Assembly (NCBI GenBank): GCA_010909165.1
Contig: VJWM01000117.1
Coordinates: forward strand, 620,001-684,000
Source: Anthoceros angustus
Lineage: Eukaryota > Plantae > Anthocerotophyta
DNA: 64,000 nt
Direction of reading: 5' to 3'
Shown: one piece after another, positions 1 through 10,891 of the stretch
How the letters are laid out: each line of letters begins with the position of its first letter
Position numbering within the stretch: the stretch's first letter is position 1
Translations under genes and position numbers: made by a program
The notes under the pieces: model-generated
Told to the model about the DNA's origin: nothing
The model's database searches: none
What the model saw: the letters and a program-made list of their open reading frames with translations, nothing else

Positions 1-1983
1 GTGATAAAACTGTGTACAGCTAGAAAGAACATGGTTGTGGGGCGACGAGTTCATAACCTCACTGTGAAACTTGGGTACGAGTCGAATGCCTACCTGGGGA
101 ACCATATCTTGCGCATGTATGCAGGTGGAGGTAGGCTGCAGGAGGCCATGGATGTGTTCACCAGGGTAGGGAAACCAAATGCCTTCATGTGGTTTTCCAT
201 GATTTCTGCATATGCTAAGCATGGGAAGCCTAATGAGGCCATACAACTGTACCATAAGATCCGTAGGTCAGGAGTGATCGCGGATGCTCACGTCTTTGTA
301 GCTGCCCTTCAAGCTTGTGCATTGGCCGCCGACTTGGAATCTGGCAGAAAAGTGCATTGTGATATATTGGACAGTGGCATTCCTATAAATCTGTTTGTTG
401 GCACCTGCCTCGTAGACATGTATGCGAAATGTGGTGACTTGAAAGATGCACGCCAGGTTTTTGACAACATGGCGACAAAGAATGTGGTGATATGGAATGC
501 CTTAATAGCTGGGTATGCACAGCAAGGGCTTAGCCATGAGGCACTTGTTGTGTACGGACAAATGGAGGAGGAGGGCCTGATTGTAGCTAACCAAGTTACT
601 TTTGCTTGCCTTCTGAAAGCCTGTGCAAGCTCTGGTGCCTTACAGAAGGGCAGGCAGCTGCACTCTCAGATTGTTGAAAGAGGACTTATGGATGACATAC
701 TGGTGGGCACCTGCCTGGTGGACATGTATGCAAAATGTGGTGAACTGGAAGATGCACGCCAGGTTTTTGACATATCCACAAAGGATGTGGTGACATGGAA
801 TGCCCTGATATCTGGGTATGCACAGCAAGGACTCGGCCAAGAGGCACTTCTTCTGTATGAACAAATGGAGCAAGAGGCCCTCGTTTTGGCTGACGATGTT
901 ACTTTTGTGTTTCTGAAGGCCTGCCTGTGCACTGGTGCCTTACAGAAGGGCAGGCAGCTGCACTGAGATTGTGGAGGACTGCTGGATAACATCGTGTTGG
1001 GCAACTGCCTGGTGGACATGTATGCAAAATGTGGTGAACTGGAATGACCAGGTTTTTGACAGCTTAACAAAGGATGTGGTGACATGGAATGCCCTGATAT
1101 CTGGGTATGGTACTTGTGATGATGGTCATAGAGCAATAGCTTGTTTTGAGGACATGTTAGTTGCCGGCATTCAGCCTGATGATGTTACTTTTACTTGCCT
1201 TCTAGTAGCATGCAGCCATGAGGGACTAGTCCAGGAGGGTCGCAAGCACTTTGATTCCATGGCTGAACAGCATGGCATCAAACCCACTTTTGAGCATTAC
1301 ATTTGCATGATTGACCTTCTTGGGCGTGCAGGGCATTTAGATGAGGCAGAGAAGATGCTCTTATCATGTGAGGGCCAAAGTAACGTTGTGGGCTTGACGG
1401 TGTTTTTAAATGCCTGCAAAAGTCATGGGGATCTAGGGAGGGCGAAGTGGTGTTTTGAAAGCATTGTGAGGCTGGACCCTCAGTGGGCGTCTGCGTATGT
1501 GCTCATGGCCAATGCCTACGCAGATGCAGGTAGGTGGACCGATGCAGAGAGGATTGAAATACAGAGAATGGTAGCAGGAGCCAATAAGAAACCTGCAGTG
1601 GCCACCATTGAGGTGAACGAGCAGGTTCATAGATTTCTGGTGGGTGAAAGACGAGAGGATATTGCACTTAAGGTAGCAAGCACAAATTCACGTCTGAAGC
1701 AGGAAGGAGGCCACGTACCTCTCACAAAGTTGGTGTTGAAGCCACTGGGTGAGAAGGAAAAGGAAGATGTGGGCATGCTGAGAAACTAGCTTTGGCTTTC
1801 GGTCTGTTGAACACTCCGAGTGGGACACCTCTAGTGGTGACGAAGAATCTACGCATGTGCGGTGATTGCCACAGTTCCACGGAGGTCATGTCAAGGCTTG
1901 AACAGAGAGACATTGTTGTAAGGGATGGGTACCGCGTCCATCGGTTCGCAAATGGTTGTTGCAGTTGTAAGGGTCGACCTTAG
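1..1983 (+). pseudogene. PLS-class PPR-E-DYW:KP (GRP-type) gene, 5' end outside the window, frameshifted in this sequence
   Basis: ORFs 1-966, 935-1789 and 1792-1983 tile P/L/S motifs, E1/E2, KPAVATIEV and CGDCH, ending CKGRP*. Small deletions near 910-1050 and 1770 break the frame and may be sequencing errors. Confidence 0.85.
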
Positions 1984-3013
1984 AGAATTATGAACTGGTC
2001 CGGTTTCTAGGCATACGCCATTCAACATTCCTTTATTTTCCTTGGGGTCAATGTGCTTGCCATTTAATGGCTTGGGCAGGTGCGGGGCGGGGCTCGGAGA
2101 TGACGGCAGGGCCTGGGCGCTTGGACGGCTCGACGGGCCCGCCTGGCATTGTCATGCGCGCCCTGACTTCTGGGCGTTCCGTGGTATTCCTGGGTCCGTC
2201 GAGGCGTAGATCACAAGGACTTTGATCGGACAACTTGGGACACTTAACTGTAGTCTGCATCTTTCTCCACTGCTATCCTCTCGACTTAGATCTTCCTGCT
2301 ATACCCCTTAGATCTTCTCCAGAGTCTTGACAGTGGTTGCTGGGGCAGTCTGATCATCTCCTAGCCTAAGCGCGTTTCTCGAGACGAGGCCTTTTTTCGC
2401 GCCTCCCATGGTGCTAATGCTAACCTTGCTTATCGCCTTCTTTTAGAGCGCTTCACGCCGGATCACCGGGACAAGGCTGCTTGGGCTTTGTCTTTTCTCC
2501 TGGGTGCTTTCACAATCCGGGCGATTTTTGGGCTTTGGGAGATCGCCTCGCCTTTGATCTTGAGGAGGGAGCTGAGATGTAGGGACTCTTGAAGTAGATT
2601 AGTCTCTGCCGCCTGACCTAGTGGCTCGAGTATCCAAGCGTTCCACATCGCACCAACAATTTTTTCCACCACAATGTAATTTCGCCTGGGTTTGATCCAA
2701 CCTCCGGCTTGCTCTCTCTCTCAACATGCAGCTGTGGGCCCCTCTCGACAACTCTAGGACCCACCTGGCCCATTGTCCCACTGGCATGCAACGCATTATT
2801 ACGCGCGACACAATCCACGATGTCATGTTCTCAATGGCTAAGAAGAACGGGATTTTTTCCTTTAGAGAGCGCTCATACACCCTACTCAATGGCGTTTCTC
2901 TTAGAACTGACCTATTTTTGATCCGGGGGACTAAATTTCAATTGATGGTGTGATTGTAACCTATCCAGGACAGTGTTATCCTCAATCCTCTAGGTTGGGC
3001 GACGAAGGGATGC

Positions 3014-3178
3014 GCGATAACAAAGGTCCATAAGTACGCGATAACAAAGGTCCATAAGTACGCGATAACAAAGGTCCATAAGCACGATAACAAAGGTCCA
3101 TAAGTACGCGATAACAAAGGTCCATAAGCACGCGATAACAAAGGTCCATAAGTACGCGATAACAAAAGTCCATAAGTA
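3014..3178. repeat. Minisatellite, ~24-bp unit CGCGATAACAAAGGTCCATAAGTA, ~7 copies
   Basis: Direct tandem repeats visible in the sequence. Confidence 0.95.
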
Positions 3179-3349
3179 CTTTTCTATACAGGATGGCCAC
3201 ACCTTCATCTCCTGCCATCAAGACTCAGGGAGCCATGGGCCAAGATTTCTCTAGGTTCGTTAAGGCCTATGCCAAGGCTTACTATAGTTGCAAGAATGGG
3301 GTTGGTCTCCTTTTTCTTGTATTGTGCGTTTCTTCACGCAAAAGGTATC

Positions 3350-3500
3350 CATGGCCCTGCAGAGGGCATTCACAAAAGCAATATACAATAGGTGTCCATA
3401 GCTGCAGAGGGCATTCACAAAAGCAATACACAACAGGTGTCCATAGCTGCAGAGGGCGTTGGCAATCGCAATATACAACATATATCCATGGCCCTGTAGA
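3350..3500. repeat. Degenerate tandem repeat, ~45-bp unit (CTGCAGAGGGCATTCACAAAAGCAATATACA...), ~3 copies
   Basis: Direct repeats; repeated CRGHSQKQYT in the translation. Confidence 0.85.
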
Positions 3501-4008
3501 GAGTGTTGACAAATGCAATATACAGGACGACGACAAACACTGGGATCCAGTGGTAGGTAGGCCTTGTCATATACCTAACCACGAAATTCCTCGAGCTGTA
3601 GGTAGTTTCGAGACGAGGGATCGCGGGTTAGTCCCCTTTGCATGGTACCTTCGTTGGTTGTCCCTTTTCACTAACCCCGTCCCTTTTCTTTTATCGGAGT
3701 ACCCCTTGTCAAAAAAAAAACATGGATGACCAACGCGGATGCACCTCCTAGATACCTATCACAGAGATCAGTGTCTCGAGAATTGTTAGCAACTAGGTAG
3801 CCATAACAAAGATCAGCGAGTCATGAATTGCTGCAACGAGCCATATCGGTTGCTGTCTAAACCTCCCAAACCATAACGTGTTTCTTTTGTCGGTATCCAA
3901 TGAAAATATATCTGTGCTGTTCTCCAAGGCGGCGTGGATTGTACACATTACCTCGGCATCTGCCATAGTTGGTTGTTAGACTCATCTTCCGACAGGGGTC
4001 CCTGAAGG

Positions 4009-6595
4009 ATGGCCACAGTATGGCAAGCGGACCCGTTGTGGACCCAAATTGGTTCGTGTACAGGGATTCTACCAGGAGCTCCCGCTCACCTCACCTCAGG
4101 GAGTCAATACCTGGCAAACAACCAAGCTTCCAGGTGCAGCAATGTAAGGAGCCCATCTCTTCCGATTCCAAGCCAATGTGTGGGTGGGGACGGATTTTCC
4201 ACCGATGGTGGTCGTCAGGAGCAGGAGAACTTGTGGCAACAATTTTTTTTGGACCCCACTGTGTGGTGGGATTACCGACGGGACAAGAAGAGCTCCCGTT
4301 CTCCTGACTTCCGGCGTATGGGGTCCGGAGAGGTCCTGTGGTTAAACAGTGTGCTCAAGCCAGCTTGGGTTGATGACCAGCTGGTTTCCTTGGATATCCA
4401 GATGGGTCGTTGTGCCTCTCCTCCCACGTCGACCTGTCCGGATCAGCCTGAGCCTGGGAGGGGTGCAGGATCGAAAATGGGCGTCGTAACGGCTGGAACC
4501 GTGAGCATGTTGTGTCAGCAGGGGAAACTTTCTGATGCTGTTGGAGCCCTGGAATCTCTGGCGGAGACAGACTCTTCTGTTTCTCAGTCTCTGTTTTACA
4601 CTGTGCTAAAGCTCTGTACAGCTAAGAAGGATTTGGTTGTGGGGCGACGAGTTCATGATCTCACTGTCAAGTAATGCATTCCAGGGAACCATATCTTGCG
4701 CATGTATGCATGTGGAGGGAGGCTGCAGGAGGCCATGGATGTGTTCACCAGGGTAGGCAAACCAGATGTTTTCATGTGGTCTTCTATCATCTCTGCATAT
4801 GCTAAGCATGGTAAGTCTAATGAGGCCATACAACTGTACCATGAGATGCGGAGGTCAGGTGTGAAGGCGGATGCTCACGTCTTTATTGCTGCCCTTCAAG
4901 CTTGTGCATTTTCCACCGACTTGGAATCTGGCAGAAAAGTGCACTGTGATGTATTGCACAGTGGCATTCCTCTGAACCTTTTTGTTGGCACCTGCCTGGT
5001 GGACATGTATGCAAAATGTGGTGAACTGAAAGATGCACGCCAGGTTTTTTACAGCATGGCCAGAAAGGATGTGGTCACATGGAATGCCCTGATATCTGGG
5101 TACGCTCAGCAGGGACTTGGCCAAGAGGCGATTGATCTATATGAACAAATGGAGCACGAGGGCCTGATTTTGGCTGACCATGTTACTTTTGCTTGCCTTC
5201 TGAAGGCCTGTGCCAACACTGGCGCCTTACTGAAGGGCAGGCAGCTGCACTCACAGATTGTTGAAAGAGGATTGCTATATGACATACTGGTGGGGACTTG
5301 CCTGATAGACATGTATGCAAAATGTGGTGAATTGAAAGATGCCCGCCAGGTTTTTGACAGCATGGCCAGAAAGAATGTGGTGATGTGGAATGCCCTGATA
5401 GCGGGGTACGCCCAGCAAGGGCTGGGGCAGGAAGCGCTTGTCCTGTATGGCCAAATGGAGCAAGAGGGCCTCATTTTGGCTGACAATGTTACTTTTGCTT
5501 GCCTTTTGAAGGCCTGTGCAAGCACTGGTGCCTTACAGAAGGGCCGGCAGCTGCACTCACAGATTGTCCAACAAGGACTGCTGAATAACGGAGTGTTGGG
5601 CAACTGCCTGGTGGACATGTATGCAAAATGTGGCGAACTGGAAGCTGCACGCCGGGTTTTTGACACTTTGACCACGAAGGATGTGGTAACATGGACCGCC
5701 CTGATTTCTGGATATGGTGCTTGTGATGAAGCCCACAAGGCACTAGCTTGTTTCGAGGAGATGTTGGTTGCCGGTATTCAGCCTAATGATACAACTTTCA
5801 CTTGCCTTCTTGTGGCATGCAGTCATAAGGGACTGGTCCAGGAGGGTCGCAAGCACTTTGATTCCATGGCTGAACAGCACGCCATCAAACCTACTCTTGA
5901 GCATTACGTTTGCATGATTGATCTTCTTGGGCGTGCAGGGCATTTAGATGAGGCAGAGAAGATGCTGTTGTCATGCGAGGGCCGAAGTAATGTTGTGGCC
6001 TTGACGTCTTTGTTGAATGCCTGTAAAAGCCACGGGGACATAGATAGGGCCATGAGGTGCTTTGAAAGGATCGTTGGGCTGGACCCTCAAAAGGCGTCTG
6101 CGTATGTGCTCATGGCCAATGCCTACGCAGATGCAGGCAGGTGGAGCGATGTCGACAGGATTGAAACACGGAGAATGGTAGCAGGAGCTAACAAGAAACC
6201 TGCTGTGGCCACCATTGAGGTGAACAACCAGGTACATAGATTTCTGGTGGGAGAAAGAAGAGATGATATTGCACTTAAGGTGGAGAGCACGAGTGCACGT
6301 CTGAAGCAAGAAGGAGGCCACGTACCTCACACAAAGTTGGTGTTGAAGCCTCTGCGTGAGAAGGAAAAGGAAGATGCGCTTTGTGGCCATGCTGAGAAAC
6401 TAGCTCTGGCGTTTGGTCTCTTGAACACTGAGTGGGACACCTCTGGTGGTAACGAAGAATCTACGCATGTGCAGTGACTGCCACAGTTCCACGGAGATCA
6501 TGTCAAGGCTTGAACAGAGACACATTGTTGTAAGGGATGGGTACCGTGTACATCGATTCGAAGATGGTTGTTGCAGTTGTAAGGGTCGACCTTGA
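4009..6595 (+). pseudogene. PDF-motif + PLS PPR-E-DYW:KP (GRP) gene, disrupted
   Basis: ATG MATVWQ at 4009. A deletion at ~4670 removes LGYES and creates a TAA. ORF 4696-6477 continues through HAEKLA, a 2-nt loss at ~6430 shifts the frame, and KGRP* ends at 6595. Confidence 0.85.
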
Positions 6596-6889
6596 GAATA
6601 AGGGAGTTTTCATTTGTGTACGCCAGAGAATATTTCCTTTTTCCTTGGCAGCGAATGTGCTTGCTTTGCTCCATCCCTGCCCACTCTCAGGGGCAACTTG
6701 CTATTAGACTGCCATTGCTGGGGCTTTCCTCAGTAGAAGACAGCCTTATTCTTCTCCTCCTCCTTCTCAACAGATGACATACTGTTGCAATATGGGGTCA
6801 ATATTTAGTGCAAAAAATCTATATTGATCATCTTGGCAACGAGGTTCCATGCGGCGAGCGACGGAACTGACGAGGCTGTACTGATGCCT

Positions 6890-7010
6890 GGACTTCGACG
6901 AGGCTGGAGTCTTCGGACTTCGACGAGGCTGGAGTCTTTGGCCTTCGACGAGGCTGGAGTCTTTGGCCTTCGACGAGGCTGACCTCTTTGCGTTCGATGA
7001 GGCTGGACTG
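6890..7010. repeat. Minisatellite, ~24-bp unit (CTTCGACGAGGCTGGAGTCTTTGGC-like), ~5 copies
   Basis: Direct tandem repeats. Confidence 0.85.
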
Positions 7011-7164
7011 TTGGCCTTCGCCTGAGGCTGGGTTTCTCGATATCGCAGCCTTAGACGAGGTTGGGCTCGCCACCCAAATCTGGAGCCGGATCTGGCCATG
7101 TGTTGCAGCCTGAGTGAGTGCGGGTGTATGGGACCACACCAATCCGATAGCAGAGCCAGGTGCT

Positions 7165-7204
<40 letters not shown>

Positions 7205-7212
7205 TGGAGCAG
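7165..7212. repeat. (GAGCAG)n microsatellite
   Basis: About 8 tandem hexamers. Confidence 0.95.
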
Positions 7213-7521
7213 AGGCTTCTGGGATGGATCCGTGGCGGCTGTGGAACAGCTGGTGGCAGCCTCCGGGTACCTGTGGCCGCTGCTGGACGGATGGAAGAGC
7301 GTGTCCGATACGAGGCATGCTCGCTCCACCAGGGTGTTCATCTACTTGGCAAGCATGTTAGACTACGTTCCAATTGTTTCGTGTTGGTGCCTTTCCCAAT
7401 TGTTGGTGCCCAATGCAAAATAGTCTGCACTTTTCTTCAGGGTGGTGTGGTCACACACAGTACCTGGGCATCCTGCCATAGTCTGTTGTTAGACTCATCT
7501 TCCGGCAGCAGTCCCTGAACG

Positions 7522-10431
7522 ATGGCCACAGTATGGCAATCGGACCCGTTGTGGACCCAACAAGTTGGTGTCTGTACAGGTATTCCACGAGGAGCTCCCG
7601 CCCGCCTCACCTCAGGGAGTCAGCCCCTGGCGAATATCCAAGCCTCCAGGTGCGGCAGTGTAAGGAGCCAAGCATTTCCACTTCCGACCAAATGTGTGGG
7701 TGGGGACGGGTTTTCCAGCGATGCTCGTCGCCAGGAGCAGGAGCACTTGTGGCAACAATTTTTTCTGGATCCTACCGAGTGGTGGGATCACAGAGATACC
7801 AAGAGCTCCAGTTCGCCTGACTTCCAGCGTAAGGGGTCTGGTGAGGTCCTGCGGTTAAACAGCATGCTGAAGCCAGCTTGGGTTGATGACCAGCTCGTTT
7901 CTTTGGATATGCAGATGGGTCATAGTACATCTCCTTCCACGTCGAGCTGTCTGGATAAGCCTGAACCTGAGAGGCGTGCAGGGTCGGCAATAGGCGTCGT
8001 AACGGCTGGAACTGTGCGCATGTTATGTCAGCAGGGGAAGCTTTCTGAGGCCGTTGGAGCCCTGGAATCCCTCGCGCAGACGGGCTATCCTATTTCTCAG
8101 TCTCTGTTTTACACTGTGCTAAAACTGTGTACAGCTAAGAAAGATGTGGCTGTGGGGCGACGAGTTCATGACCTTACTGTCAAACTTGGGTACGAGTCGA
8201 GTGCATACTTGGGGAACCATATCTTGCGCATGTATGCATCTGAAGGTAGGCTGCAGGAGGCCATGGATGTGCTCACCAGGGTGGGCAAACCAAATGCCTT
8301 CATGTGGTCTTCCATAGTCTCTGCATACGCTAAGCGTGGGAAACCTAAAGAGGCCATACAACTGTACCATGAGATGCGCAGGTCAGGAGTGAAGGCAGAT
8401 GCTCACGTCTTTGTAGCTGCCCTTCAAGCTTGTGCATTGGCCGCCGACTTGGAGTCCGGCAGAAAAGTACATTGTGATGTATTGCACAGTGGCATTCCTC
8501 AAAACCTGTTTGTTGGCACCTGCCTGGTGGACATGTATGCAAAATGTGGTGAATTGAATGAAGCACGCCAGGTTTTTGACAGTATGGCCACGAAGAATGT
8601 GGTGATGTGGAATGCCCTGATAGCTGGGTATGCCCAGCAAGGACTCGGGCATGAGGCGCATGTTCTGTATGGCCAAATGCAGCTCGAGGGCCCCATTTTG
8701 GCTGACCATGTTACTTTTGCTTGCCTTCTAAAGGCCTCTGCAAGCACTGGTGCCTTACAGAAGGGCAGGCAGCTCCACTCACAGATTGTCGAAAGAGGAC
8801 TTCTGGATGACATAGTGCTCACCAACTGCCTGGTGGACATGTATGCAAAATGTGGTGAACTGGAAGACGCACGCCAGGTTTTTGAAAGCTTGGCCACAAA
8901 GGATGTAGTGACATGGACAGTGCTGATTGCTGGGTACGCACAGCAAGGACTCGGCCAAGAGGCGGTTGCCCTGTATCGACAAATGGAGCAAGAGGGCCTG
9001 ATTTTGGCTGACAATGTTACTTTTGCTTGCCTTCTAAAGGCCTGTGCAAGCACTGGTGCCTTACAGGAGGGCAGGCAGCTGCACTCACAAATTGTCGAAA
9101 GAGGACTGCTCAATGACATAGCATTGGCCAACAGCCTGGTGGACATGTATGCAAAATGTGGTGAAGTGGAAGATGCACGCCAGATTTTTGACAGCATGGT
9201 CAGAAAAGATGTCGTGACATGGAATGCCCTGATATCTGGGTATGCACAGCAAGGACTCGGCCAAGAGGCGCTTGTTTTGTATGGACAAATGGAGCAAGAG
9301 TGCCTCCTGTTGGCTGACGATATTACTTTTGCTTGCCTTCTGAAGGCCTGTGGAAGCTCTGGTGCGTTACAGAAAGGCAGGCAACTGCACTCACAGATTG
9401 TCGAAAGAGGACTTCTGGATAATGTCGTGTTGGGCAACTGCCTGGTGGACATGTATGCAAAATGTGGTGAACTGGAAGATGCACGCCAGGTTTTTGACAG
9501 CTTGGCCACAAAGGATGTGGTTACATGGAATGCTCTGATATGTGGGTATGGTACTTGTGATGATGGTCACGGAGCACTAGATGTTTTTGAGGAGATGTTG
9601 GTTAACGGTATTCACCCTGATGCTGCTACTTTTACGTGCCTTTTGGTAGCATGCAGTCATGAGGGACTGGTCCGCGAGGGTCGCAAGCACTTTGATTCCA
9701 TGGCTGAAGAGCATGGCATCAAACCTACTATTGAGCATTATAATTGCATGATTGATCTTCTTGGCCGTGCAGGCCATTTAGATGAGGCAGAGCAGATGCT
9801 ATTATCATGTGAGGACCAAAGGAATGTCGTGGGCCTGACTTCTTTGCTGAATGCCTGCAAAAGTCACGGGGATGTAGAGAGGGCGATGTGGTGTTTTGAA
9901 AGCATCGTTAGGCTGAACCCTCAATGGGCGCCTGCGTATGTGCTCATGGCCAATGCATATGCAGATGCAGGTAGGTGGACCGATGTAGACAGGATTGAAA
10001 CGCAGAGAATGGTAGCAGGAGCTAACAAGAAACCTGCTGTGGCCACCATTGAGGTGAATCAGCAGGTACATAGATTTTTTGTGGGAGAAAGGAGAGAGGA
10101 TATTGCGCTGAAGGTAGCGAGCATGAATGCACGTCTGAAGCAGGAAGGAGGCCACGTACCTCTCACAAAGTTGGTGTTGGAGCCACTGGGTGAAAAGGAA
10201 AAGGAAGATGCGCTTTGTGGGCATGCTGAGAAGCTAGCTCTGGCGTTTGGTCTCTTGAACACTCCGAGTGGGACACCTCTGGTGGTGACGAAGAACCTAC
10301 GAATGTGCGGTGACTGCCATAGTTCAACGGAGATCATGTCAAGGCTTGAAGAGAGAAACATTGTTGTAAGGGACGGGTACCGTGTTCATCGATTCTCAAA
10401 TGGTTGTTGCACTTGTAAGCGTTGTCCGTGA
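7522..10431 (+). CDS. Intact 969-aa PDF-motif + PLS PPR-E1-E2-DYW:KP protein (candidate U-to-C RNA editing factor), C-terminus KRCP
   Basis: Single open ORF: transit-peptide-like N-terminus, WWDHRD..SPDFQRKG motif, P-L-S triplets, P2L2S2, E1/E2, KKPAVATIEV, HAEKLA, CGDCH, HRF..CCTC. Confidence 0.95.
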   Translation: MATVWQSDPLWTQQVGVCTGIPRGAPARLTSGSQPLANIQASRCGSVRSQAFPLPTKCVGGDGFSSDARRQEQEHLWQQFFLDPTEWWDHRDTKSSSSPDFQRKGSGEVLRLNSMLKPAWVDDQLVSLDMQMGHSTSPSTSSCLDKPEPERRAGSAIGVVTAGTVRMLCQQGKLSEAVGALESLAQTGYPISQSLFYTVLKLCTAKKDVAVGRRVHDLTVKLGYESSAYLGNHILRMYASEGRLQEAMDVLTRVGKPNAFMWSSIVSAYAKRGKPKEAIQLYHEMRRSGVKADAHVFVAALQACALAADLESGRKVHCDVLHSGIPQNLFVGTCLVDMYAKCGELNEARQVFDSMATKNVVMWNALIAGYAQQGLGHEAHVLYGQMQLEGPILADHVTFACLLKASASTGALQKGRQLHSQIVERGLLDDIVLTNCLVDMYAKCGELEDARQVFESLATKDVVTWTVLIAGYAQQGLGQEAVALYRQMEQEGLILADNVTFACLLKACASTGALQEGRQLHSQIVERGLLNDIALANSLVDMYAKCGEVEDARQIFDSMVRKDVVTWNALISGYAQQGLGQEALVLYGQMEQECLLLADDITFACLLKACGSSGALQKGRQLHSQIVERGLLDNVVLGNCLVDMYAKCGELEDARQVFDSLATKDVVTWNALICGYGTCDDGHGALDVFEEMLVNGIHPDAATFTCLLVACSHEGLVREGRKHFDSMAEEHGIKPTIEHYNCMIDLLGRAGHLDEAEQMLLSCEDQRNVVGLTSLLNACKSHGDVERAMWCFESIVRLNPQWAPAYVLMANAYADAGRWTDVDRIETQRMVAGANKKPAVATIEVNQQVHRFFVGERREDIALKVASMNARLKQEGGHVPLTKLVLEPLGEKEKEDALCGHAEKLALAFGLLNTPSGTPLVVTKNLRMCGDCHSSTEIMSRLEERNIVVRDGYRVHRFSNGCCTCKRCP

Positions 10432-10891
10432 GAAAATATGGTTGTGTTCTCCATACAGGATAAATAAATGAGCGATAAATAATCGAGCAAAGAAATAGCC
10501 TTGCCGATCGAACTAACCAGAAGAAGATTCCCTTCGAATAGGAGGAAACTCCATTTCCGAGAAACATGTTTGTTTTAGGTCTTGGAAACACTGCGAATCG
10601 AAAAATCATTGAGCAGACATGGATGGGAAGAGAAGAGCGGGCGGTAATTGCCATGGAGGCTCGGAAAAAGAACAATTTGTAGACGAGGACTCAAAAATAG
10701 ATATATTTATCGTTACAGAAAAATGTTATAAATAGCCCGGTTAAGAAAGCCTTAGAATCATGATGGATGAGAACCATGGATGTGATGAGAACCACTTGAT
10801 CTAGATATCTTGCTTCATTTAGCATACCAGTGTATGCTATGTCAAGAAGAAAGGTTTGTCTCCTGATTCAAAAGTAGAGTATGAGGCTCCA

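Noticed and set aside
2048-2953. GC-rich short ORFs suggesting a retroelement gag fragment
   Set aside because: No recognisable gag, protease or RT motif and no LTR pair found.
3014-3178. Regular short repeats (also 17180-17740, 51776-51921) resembling CRISPR arrays
   Set aside because: Head-to-tail minisatellites without unique spacers, no cas genes, and a plant nuclear context.
6767-7518. ORFs of 134-183 aa upstream of the 7522 gene
   Set aside because: Open frames are explained by low-complexity repeats ((GAGCAG)n and a 24-mer); no domain signal.
7510-7524. Idea that the conserved TGA-ACG-ATG is a U-to-C self-editing readthrough switch
   Set aside because: These are nuclear transcripts, the upstream frames are not conserved as protein, and three paralogues lack the stop.
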